Of a stretch of DNA of 24,540 nt, positions 1-9,421 are shown piece by piece. Below the pieces are notes generated by a model that worked only from the letters and a program-made list of their open reading frames with translations, made no database searches and had not been told where the DNA came from. Location: contig NW_021836353.1 of assembly GCF_006345805.1 (NCBI RefSeq), forward strand, positions 1-24,540, given 5' to 3'. The position numbers and the translations under genes were made by a program. This DNA is from Octopus sinensis. Taxonomy: Eukaryota. Positions within the stretch are counted from its first letter, which is position 1. Each line of letters opens with the position of its first letter.

Positions 1-60
1 ACACCAGCATCGTTTGTCAAGCGATGTTGTGGGAACAAACAGAGATACACAAACATATAC
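1..60 (-). mobile_element. Partial 3' module of the bipartite CORE-type SINE, cut by the window edge
   Basis: acaccagcatcg..tcaagcgatgttg..aacaaacagagatacac matches 7621-7670 and the reverse complement of 13565-13610. Confidence 0.7.
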
Positions 61-128
61 ACACACATATGTATGTATGTATGTGTGTATGTATGTATGT
101 ATGTATGTATGTATGTATGTATGTATGT
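61..128. repeat. (TATG)n microsatellite
   Basis: Direct tandem repeat. Confidence 0.95.
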
Positions 129-129
129 A

Positions 130-3100
130 GGAAGGAGGAACTCTTGAGAGTCAACGGCCATCCAATAAATGTTTAATGTTTTTTTTCTTTTTTTCTTTTT
201 CTTTTTGTTAATGCTTAAGGCTGTAACATGGGCGGGGACATAGAAATAACCGGACTGAATACCCGATCGCGCGGTTAAACCATTGGGAGTGAAGGACTCC
301 TAGCCTTTGTTAGGGCATCCTTCTAGAAGGTAACTCAGGTAACGGGATAACTGCGACATAAAACCTGCGGTCAGTGGTTACCGATGATGTTGACCGATGA
401 TGTCTTTTCGGATTATGGCTTCTGTTCTTAGTGTGTGGGATTGACTCAGTGCACAGTCTTTCCTCACTTTGAAAATATCTTCGTGCACAGGCATTGCACG
501 AAAACAACATTGGATTGATTAAAGTGAGTAACTAATTCATGATTGTTGATAGTGCTGTGAGTCTCAACTGAATGGCTGGCTGTAGCCTTAAAAAGCAAAA
601 ATCATGATGTACCAAAACAGTATAAAAATAAATGGCAGTAAGGACTCTGGAACCACATCAGCTGAAAGAGTCTGGTCGGCAGGGGGTCCAGAGCATCCAC
701 AGTCTGAACCCGGCCGTCATCATGCTACTGTGATAGAACCAAAGAAAATAATGAATATTGGCTGTTGGAATATACGGACACTGCTTGATCATAAGTCCTC
801 TGAATGTCCTGAAAGAAGGACTGCGCTTGTTGCGAAGGAGCTTCAACGCTATGATATTGACATCGTTGCTTTATCTGAGACGAAATTACCTGGAGATGGT
901 CATCTTACAGAATCTTGTGGAAATTATACATTCTTTTGGAAAGGGAGAGATGAAGAGTTTAGAGGAGAAGCTGGAGTGGCATTTGCTTTTAAGACTACTC
1001 TTGTGGACAAGTTGGAAGAATTCCCAATCGAAATTAACGATCGTCTTATGTCCATGAGAATTCCTTTGGCTAAAGGAAATTATATGACCTTGGTGAGTGT
1101 GTAAGCTCCAACTATGTGCTATACTGATGACGAAAAGCTTTCTTTCTACCATGCTTTGAAGGGCATTATAAGAAATATCCCTCGGGCAGTCATCGTACTG
1201 GGTGACTTTAATGCTAGAGTGGGTAGGGATCTTAACACATGGACTGTAATTGGAAAGCATGGGGTAAGGAAGTGTAATAGTAATGACATGCTTTTGCTGC
1301 ACATGTGTGAGGAGCTAAGTCTGTGTGTTACCAATACCATGTTTCAACCAAAGAATAAGCTTAGGACTAAAGAATGGCATATTCTGGATTACATCCTAGT
1401 TAGGGTGCGTGACAGACAGGATGTGCAGTGTGATCGTGTTCTTCGTGGAGCTGAGTGTTGGACTGACCACCGCCAAGTACGTGCAAAAGTGAAATTAGTC
1501 ACAAAACATAAAATCCGAGCTGCAGGGATTACCCTGCCTAAAAGACTGGATGTTGGTCGTCTTAGGGTAATAGTTTGAAGAGAACTTGCGAGAGGAAATG
1601 AATGCTGTAGATATTGGGGAGGATTGGCCAACCCTTAAAAGTCAGTTTATGATATTGGCAAGAAAGTTCTGGGATTGATACAAAGAAGCATCAAGATTGG
1701 GTTTAAAAAGAAATGATGAACATAAAGATGATTTATTGGCTGATAAAAGACGTACTTTGTCACGCTATTTGTCAGCAAAGCTACAGGAAAGGGAAGTGTT
1801 GCATAGGGAACTCAAGGACGTAAAATCACGTCTGAGGCAAAGGCTCTCAGAGATGAGGGATACGTGGTGGAGTAAGAAGGCTGGTGAGATACAGGCGGTA
1901 TCATATTCCAATAACACAAAGTTGCTGTATGGTCTCTTGCGAGAAGTTTATGGACCGACGTCTTCCCTGATGACACCAATTCGAAACAGGGATGGTAAAG
2001 AAGTTCTTCATGATTCACAAGGAATTCTGCGAAGGAATTCTGCGAAGGTGGCAAGAACACTTTGATGAACTTTTGAATCAACAGTCTGTAGTTAGTGAGG
2101 ATGTTCTCAATCTCTGCCCTAGATTGCCTGTGAAGGCAGCACTCGCAGAACCACGAAAGTTGGAAGACGTTGCAATGGCTGTCTCAAGGTTGAATAATGG
2201 GAAGTCTCCGGGTATGGATGGCATACAAGCGGAGTTGTTACAGCATGGTGGTGAGAAACTTCTGCAGAAACTTCACTCTTTGTTTGGTAAGGTATAGACT
2301 GGAGAGATGCTGTAATGGTGGCCCTGTATAAGGGAAAGAGCAACGGGAATGATTGTGGTAATTATAGGGGAGTATCATTGCTGTCTGCTGTAGGAAAGGT
2401 TTTATGCAGGATACTTCTGGATCGTCTGCTGAAATACATTGCAGATTGTGTTCTTCCAGAAAGTCAATCTGGCTTTCGTGTGGGACGTGCCACTGCTGGT
2501 ATGATCTTTTCAGTTAGACAGCTTCAGAAAAGTGTGTGGAACAGGGTCTTGATTTGTATCAGTTTTTATCGATCTGACAAAGCCTTTGATACCGTCAATA
2601 GAAAAGCATTGTGGAAAGTCCTCCAGAAATGGGGGTCCTGAAAAGTTCCTTGCTTTGGTTAGGTCTTTTCATGAAGATATGAATGGTAAGGTGAATGCTA
2701 GAGGAGTGAAACTGGGGGATATTCTGGCATTGACCCTATTTTCCATATATTTCGCGATGGTGTTCTGTATTGCATTCAGAAACTGCAGATACGGTGTTTT
2801 ACGTCCACTATCGAACCTCTGGCAACATATTTAATATCAGGGCCTTGCTGCAAAAACAAAGATATTTACCTCTATCATAAAAAAACATTTTTATGCTGAT
2901 GATTGTGACTAGTAGCACACACAGAGATTGATATGCAACACATTTTGTATAGAAGCTCTTGTGTTAAAGCAAAGGCTCAGATGGAGTGGTCATCTGGTCA
3001 GAATGAAGGATTCAAGGATGCCAAAACAACTCTTTATGGAGAGTTAGCTAAAAAAGAACGACCTCCACATAAACCAAAAAAGAGGTATAAGGACTTGCTG

Positions 3101-3358
3101 AAGGCTTCCTTAAGAGATGCTTGCATCTCTCCTGACACATAGGAAGGCATAGCAGGTGGAGAAGGATTGTGCATGAGGGGACAGCCACATTTCAGAAATC
3201 TCGCGTTGCACATGAGAAAGTAAGGAGGGATGTCAGGAAGGGCATCGCTGGTACACTTCCAGAAGGGAAGGGTCTTCCTTTGATTCTGACATGCGATGTC
3301 TGTGCAAGACCCTGCCTCAGTAAAGCTGGATTCATGAGTCATCTTCGTAGTCATAAAA
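130..3358 (+). mobile_element. RTE-clade non-LTR retrotransposon, copy 1: probable 5'UTR plus disrupted APE-RT ORF with internal deletions
   Basis: APE motifs IGCWNIRTL, DIVALSET, GVAF, VLGDFNARVG, ILDYILVR, WTDH. RT motifs KSPGMDGI, NYRGVSLLS, PESQSGFR, KAFDTV, YADD. C-terminal CxxC..H..H. The 5' boundary is inferred from the end of the microsatellite. Confidence 0.9.
604..3358 (+). pseudogene. RTE endonuclease/reverse transcriptase pseudogene
   Basis: Consecutive plus-strand ORF fragments (604-1104, 1114-1578, 1697-2065, 1992-2297, 2315-2641, 2586-2834, 3169-3358) are collinear with an RTE polyprotein and broken by stops and frameshifts. Confidence 0.9.
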
Positions 3359-3360
3359 CG

Positions 3361-3401
3361 ATGCATGTATGTATATATACGTATATATGTGTGTATGTAT
3401 T

Positions 3402-3432
<31 letters not shown>

Positions 3433-3690
3433 GTGTCTGTAAGTATATATATATGTGATTGCATATATGTATGTATATATGTATGTATGTATGTAGCATG
3501 TATGTTTATGCATGTATGTATGCATGCATGTGCGACTGTATGTATGCATGTATGTAGGTATTTTGCATGCATATATGTATATGTATGCGTGTATGTATGC
3601 ATGTATGTATGTATGCATGCATGCATGTATGTATGTATATGTATATATGTGTGTGTATGTATATATGTATAAAGTATGTATGAATATACG
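3361..3690. repeat. Compound (TATG)/(TA)/(CATG) microsatellite
   Basis: Direct tandem low-complexity repeat. Confidence 0.95.
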
Positions 3691-3819
3691 CAAGCATTGA
3701 TGAATATTTGCAAGCAATGGATGAATATGCAAGTGCATTCATATCTGATTGTGTCTATGTATTAAGGGTGTGTGTATGTATGTGTGTGGTGTGTGTGTGT
3801 GCATGCGTCCCTGAGATAT

Positions 3820-4027
3820 TTTGTGTGTTTGCTTCCTCTGATCGCAACCTGACACGTTGTTACTTTGTTTATGTCACTATAAAGCAACGTTTAGCGTTAC
3901 AGGTCGGAAGCATAAGAACGATTACAAGTAAATAAATAAATATATAGGTGCAGTTAAAACGACGAAAATTCTTCAAGGCGGAGCCCCAGCATGGCCACAA
4001 TCCAATGAATGAAAGAAATCCAAGGTA
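3820..4027 (+). mobile_element. SINE 3' module (variant) following a TG tract
   Basis: Ends in aaggcggagccccagcatggccacaatccaatgaatgaaagaaatccaaggtaa. Homologous to 4823-5045, 5541-5628, 6203-6420 and 6487-6665. Confidence 0.7.
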
Positions 4028-4039
4028 ACTAAGGAGATT

Positions 4040-4745
4040 CTAGTCGCCGGGACCTTGCCTATGTAACCTATCGAGTTCAAACTTTCTGGTCACAGGCTTC
4101 TGATCACTGTAGTTAACATAGTGAAATTGTGCACGCACAAATACATCTTTATCTATACATCTAAGAAATAGCCTGTCCATATAAGATCTAGAAGACCCAT
4201 CGCTATTCATCCATGTCCACAGCGGAGCGTCTGGGTGTTCCAGTATATACAGATTTGCCAGCAAAAAACGCTTAAGCAGATCGAAGAGATACGTGTTTCT
4301 CCTCCTATCTGTATTCGAGCAAACACAATCCACTAAGGAGTGTGACGTACCTAGAAAATTGTCTAGCCTAGAAAATTGTCTAACTGTCCGGTCGTCGGAG
4401 TTCAAAAACAACCCCCAGCCTGAAAGACTTATCAATGATGAGGTTTACATCAAATACGACCAGTCTACTCCCACCCTCGGATCAATAAAGATTACTCTTG
4501 ATGCTAAATCCAGTTTTTCTTGAGCAGAATTACGACCGCCCCTCTTCACATTCTGGGTGACCAGGAGAAATAAATTTCTCGTTGCAGTTTAGGCGGGGAG
4601 AAATGCTTGTCAGTCCACTCAGCCAGGTTTCTCTAACTACTAACACATCCAAATTAAGCGACACGAGGTCATTGAGGAAAAGCCCTTATTTCCAATTCGA
4701 TGACAGGATGTAAACATTTAAACTCCCTACATCGAGTGTAAACAT
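4040..4745 (-). pseudogene. L1/Tx1-type LINE AP-endonuclease domain relic
   Basis: Minus-strand ATG at 4745: MFTLDVGSLNV..FLNDLVSLNLDVLVVRETWL..; later WTWMNSDGSSRSYMDRLFLR and YSDQKPV (the TW..SRIDR and SDH motifs of L1/Tx1 endonucleases). Stops and frameshifts are present. Confidence 0.75.
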
Positions 4746-4822
4746 GAAGAAAAAAACTTAGTTTGGAGATGGGCGTTAAAACATACAGTTCTATTTATTT
4801 AGGAGCTTGTGAAGTCTCTAGG

Positions 4823-5045
4823 TGTGTGTGTGTTCATGTTTATGCGTGTCCTTATCCTACGATTGCAGCCTGACACGGTGTTGCTTTGTTTATGTCTATA
4901 TAAAGCAACGTTCAGCGATTCAGGACGGAAGAATAAGGAGAAATTACAAATAAATAAATAAATAGGTCCAGTTAACCCGTCAGAAACTCATGAAGGCGGT
5001 GCCCCAGCATGGCCACAATCCAATGAATGAAGGGAATCCAGGGTG
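4823..5045 (+). mobile_element. SINE 3' module copy
   Basis: Homologous to 3820-4027. Confidence 0.7.
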
Positions 5046-5161
5046 AAGAGCAAACTGTTAAAAGATTCGATGTAAGGATGTTCTATAGAGCTTATTACTG
5101 CATTACTCCAACCTCCCATGCTTTCCTCTCTCCCTCCCACTCCTTCTCTCGCAAACACACC

Positions 5162-5200
<39 letters not shown>

Positions 5201-5433
5201 ACACAGAAACCCGCATATACAAACAGATTCAAGGATAGAAGCGTTTGAACACACACGCAAAAAAATACGCTAACATAAAATAAAATATTTTATCTCAAGG
5301 GAAGCTACTCTCAATTATATTTTAATATATTTGAGAGTTACCTCCCTTAAAACTATTTTATAATTCATTTAAATGCCTTAAGTATAAATTAATTTTTACG
5401 GCCTATCGTTTGCATTACTTAAACGTTGGAAGG

Positions 5434-5435
<2 letters not shown>

Positions 5436-5505
<70 letters not shown>

Positions 5506-5550
5506 TATATGTGTGTGTGTGCATCTGTGTGTGTGTGTGCGTGTGTGTGT
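5436..5550. repeat. (TG)n microsatellite, followed by a partial SINE 3' module (to ~5628)
   Basis: Direct repeat; 5541-5628 matches 4823-4910. Confidence 0.9.
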
Positions 5551-5619
5551 GTTCATGTTTATGTATGTCCTTATCCTACGATTGCAGCCTGACATGGAGT
5601 TGGTTTGTTTATGTCTCTA

Positions 5620-6050
5620 TAAAGCAAATTTTAGTAATGAACTGCATGCTATTCTTGTCAGCCCCCTTGTATATTTTGTCCAGCTCACATTGCAGGTGCA
5701 TAGTGTCTTCAGAGTTCTGTGTTACCTGTGAAACTTTTGTATCATCTGCATAACTTGTGATCGTGTCGTTCTGAGGGCATTCTGAGAGGGACAATATGAG
5801 CAGAAGTGCTCCCAAAACAGAGCCTTGCGGGACACCGTCCTTATTTGCGTATCATTGGAGGTAGCCCCATTGGCTACTACCACCTGACTTCTATCCTTCA
5901 GAAGTCATGAAGCCATTCTCATAATTTTCCAACTATGCCAAGATCACAAAGTTTGTGACATATCGTTCCATGATAAAACTTTATCAACTTTATCGGCGTT
6001 TGCAACGTCGAGGTATACACTTCCACATTTCAGCAACCAGTCACAGTATA
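5620..6050 (-). pseudogene. CR1-group LINE reverse transcriptase fragment
   Basis: Minus strand: VYLD.A..DKV, LGIVGKL, RSQVVVANG, GVPQGSVLGALL, ITSYADDTKV, LQCELDKIY..A..NSMQF. Confidence 0.8.
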
Positions 6051-6202
6051 TTGTAAGAATGTATATATATATATATTATATATATATATATATATTATAT
6101 TTATATAATTCATTCTATTCTATCTCTCTCTCGGAACCTGGAGTAATGCAGTAATAAGCTCCATAGTACATCCTTACATCGAAGGTTTTAGTAAATTGCT
6201 CT

Positions 6203-6665
6203 TTACCTTGGATTTCTTTCATTCATTGGATTGTGGCCATGCTGGGGCACCGCCTTGAAGCGTCTCCGTCGGGTTAGCTTTACCTGTTTATTTATGTATT
6301 TGTAATCTGTCCTTATTCTTCCGTCCTCTATCGCTGAACGTTGCTTTATAGAGACATAAACAAAGCAACACCGTGCTAGGCTGCGATCATAGGATAAGGA
6401 CACACATAAACATGAACACATACACACACGCACACACACACACACACACATACACACACACATATACACACATGGGCAATGCTTGTGCACCGCCTTGAAG
6501 CGTTTTCGGCGGATTAACTGGATCTGATTATTTATTTTTTTGTAATCTGTCCTTATTCTTCCCTCCTCTATCAATGAAAGTTGCTTTCTGAGACATAAAC
6601 AAAGGCAACACCGTGTCAGGCTGCGATCGTAGGATAAGGACACACCTAAACATGAAGACTCACAC
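6203..6665 (-). mobile_element. Two tandem SINE 3' modules (6203-6420 and 6487-6665) separated by a CA tract
   Basis: Both are reverse complements of the 4823-5045 unit. Confidence 0.75.
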
Positions 6666-6792
6666 ACACACACACACGCACATACACACCCGCATACACA
6701 CACACACTATGAAGACTTCTCTAGCTCCTAAATAAATGAAACGTGAGTGGTTAACGCCCATCTCTAACCTAAGGTAGACCAAACTTTTTCTT

Positions 6793-6990
6793 CATGTTTA
6801 CACTCAACGTAAGGTCTTTAAATGTTTGCAGCCAGGCGACGAATTGGAAACAACGGATTTTCCTCAAAGACCTCAAGTCGCAAAACTTGGATGTGGTAGT
6901 AGTGAGAGAAACCTGGCTGGGTGCAATTTGAAGCATTTCTCCCCTCCTTAAACTGCTACGAGAATTTTTTTCTCCTGGTCACCTTGGTGG
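6793..6990 (+). pseudogene. Second, shorter copy of the L1/Tx1 endonuclease N-terminus
   Basis: MFTLNVRSLNV..IFLKDLKSQNLDVVVVRETWLG; reverse-complement homolog of 4556-4745. Confidence 0.7.
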
Positions 6991-7208
6991 TAAGGTGAGG
7001 TACACATTGTGGAGACGTAACCAACCCCTAACACGTCTTTGTATTTTTTACGGAGAACCATGTTTTCGGTTATGGAGATACCGATTCAAAATTTCAATTG
7101 CACCCTCCATTCTTCATTTTTCGCTTTTCAAAATTTCTTTGGGGCAAAATAGGTGATAAAAAAAAACGAGATCATGATTCTGGAAATTTTCCAAAATAAG
7201 ATAAAAAA

Positions 7209-7354
7209 ATCTGCATCAACCCTCTCCCCTCCCGATTCTATGGGCTTCAAACAGGATATCCACATGCTAGAAAAAGCAGCAAATCGCACACAAACTGTTT
7301 TTGGAACATACGTATATACTCTGTATCGAACGCCTATGGGATATTCCTACACAA
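7209..7354. repeat. Unclassified dispersed repeat, copy 1 (copy 2 at 9060-9207)
   Basis: aatctgcatcaacc..gggcttcaaacaggatatc..ctgtatcgaa.gcctatggg..ctacacaa occurs at both sites in the same orientation. Confidence 0.8.
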
Positions 7355-7387
7355 TTGTACCTTCAATTTTGCTTACACACATTTAAC

Positions 7388-7420
7388 ATATACATATATA
7401 TATATATATTATATATATAT

Positions 7421-7487
<67 letters not shown>
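7388..7487. repeat. (TA)n microsatellite
   Basis: Direct repeat. Confidence 0.95.
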
Positions 7488-7492
<5 letters not shown>

Positions 7493-7559
7493 GTTCTTTA
7501 CTGTTTTGTTCTTTACCGCATTTGGACAGGCAAACCGGCCGTAGGAGATATTTTTTGAA

Positions 7560-7926
7560 AGCCTTTTATTTATTTAATCTCTCTCATTTTAACGAAACGC
7601 TAAGAGACGGGGTCGTAAAAACACAAGCATCGGTAATCAAGCGATGTTGCGGGGACACACACAGACACACAAACATAAATACACACACACACACACAAAC
7701 AAACACACACAACACAACACAACACACACAAACAACACACACACAATACACACGTATATATATATATATTATATATACGATGGGTTTTTTCAGTTTTCGT
7801 CTACCAAATCCACTCACAAGGCCTTGGTCGTCCTGAGGCTATAGTAGAAGTCACATGCCCAAGGTAGCACGCAGTGGGACTGAACCAGGAACCATGTCGT
7901 TCGTTAGCAAGCTAATTAACACACAC

Positions 7927-7928
<2 letters not shown>
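7560..7928 (-). mobile_element. Bipartite tRNA-derived CORE-type SINE with an internal CA/TA microsatellite
   Basis: Minus strand has a B-box-like GGTTCAGTCCC, the CORE-like ccttgggcatgtg, gtgagtggatttggtagacg..ctgaaa, then a microsatellite and the 3' module. Confidence 0.8.
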
Positions 7929-7969
<41 letters not shown>

Positions 7970-8020
7970 ATAATCATTTACAAAACAATTCTAAATTGCT
8001 TATAATCATGTTCATCATTT

Positions 8021-8132
8021 CCTTGATTGTCATCATTAACAAAGTAAATAACATCATCATTGTCATCATCATCTAACATCCCTGTTATTTTCTGGCATGG
8101 GCTGGACAGGAACCAAGGACTGCACTGTGCAC
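8021..8132 (-). repeat. Duplicated unit containing the end of a (CAT)n-flanked SINE-like element, copy 1
   Basis: Matches 8832-8945 (ccttgattgtcatcat..catcatc..taacatcc..ctggacagga.ccaaggactgcactg). Strand is inferred from treating the (ATG)n run as a 3' tail. Confidence 0.6.
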
Positions 8133-8555
8133 AGATCCGTTCCATGAATCGATCTCACTATCTCGAGAGTGTGAGCCTGACGATCTCACCACTGAGCCAT
8201 GCACTTCCACAGAACGGAAGGAGAAAGAAAGAGAAAATGAAAAGAAGGAACTACAAGAGATAGATGATAGTAACGAAGTGACTCCGTTGCCCCATGGGGT
8301 AAAATGCAAAGCATTCGATACAGAGGCTGTAATTATGTGCCCCAAAAGTTCGCTCGAGGTATGGCTGTTATTTCTAGCATGTAGATAGCCTGGTTGAAAA
8401 GCGTAGAATCGGGAGGTGAGGTTTATTTTTTTTCTTTTGAATAAATGTCATTTTACAAACAATGACTTTTTTCAGAATCACTATCTCCAATCTTTTCTAC
8501 GTATTTCACAAAAAGTGGGAAGGGTGAGTTAAATCTGCGCCATATACGCCTATTA

Positions 8556-8584
8556 CATACACACATACATACATACATACATAC

Positions 8585-8653
<69 letters not shown>

Positions 8654-8724
8654 ATATATTTTATATATATATAATATTTATATATATTTATATATTTATA
8701 TATATATTTATATATATTTATATA

Positions 8725-8806
<82 letters not shown>

Positions 8807-8815
8807 CACACACAC
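8556..8815. repeat. (TACA)/(TA)/(TATATATT) microsatellite
   Basis: Direct repeat. Confidence 0.95.
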
Positions 8816-8831
8816 CTTATACATTTATAGC

Positions 8832-9030
8832 CTTGATTGTCATCATCAACAGAGTAAATAACATCATCATCATTGTCGTCATCACCTAACATCCATGTTC
8901 CTTTCTGGCTTGGACTGGACAGGATCCAAGGACTGCACTGCGCTCAAATGTCTGCTTTGGTCTCCTATTTCTGGTTAGATGCCTTTCCTAACATCAACCA
9001 ATTCACAGCATGGGCTCGGTGCTTTTATCA
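8832..9030 (-). repeat. Duplicated unit / degenerate (CAT)n-flanked SINE-like element, copy 2 (longer)
   Basis: Homologous to 8021-8132 and extends through gatgcctttcctaacatcaacca. Confidence 0.55.
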
Positions 9031-9059
9031 TACTACCCGACTATTGAATTTGCCATCTC

Positions 9060-9207
9060 AATCTGCTTCAACCTCCACCCCTCCCTATTCTACGGGCTTC
9101 AAACAGGATATCTACATGCTACAAAAAGCAGCCAAATCTCACACAAACTATTTTTGGCTCATACGTACACAATCTGTATCGAATGCCTATGGGTTATTTC
9201 TACACAA
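9060..9207. repeat. Unclassified dispersed repeat, copy 2
   Basis: Homologous to 7209-7354. Confidence 0.8.
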
Positions 9208-9421
9208 ATATGACCCTCGATTTTGCCTCCTTTTAACTGGAAGAAAGGTTCATATTTTTAGTAAAATTTTTGACATATTGTGTACATGCTGATTATATTG
9301 GAATTCTTTTAGAAAAAGTTTTTCCTAGAGGTGGGGAGAATTTCAAAAAATTCCAATATCGGCATTTTTTGGACTAAGAAAGCTTTGATGAAATAATGAA
9401 AGAAATATGCAATCAATCTAC

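Noticed and set aside
886-1631. Antisense ORFs present in both RTE copies (also 9413-9766)
   Set aside because: They are shadows of the LINE coding strand, shared only because the copies are recent relatives.
3034-3742. Several 60-234 aa ORFs rich in Y/I/H/T/C/V/M
   Set aside because: They are translations of TATG/TA microsatellite, partly fused to RTE sense or antisense sequence.
6203-6703. 166-aa ORF with an internal repeat
   Set aside because: It reads through two tandem SINE modules and TG tracts.
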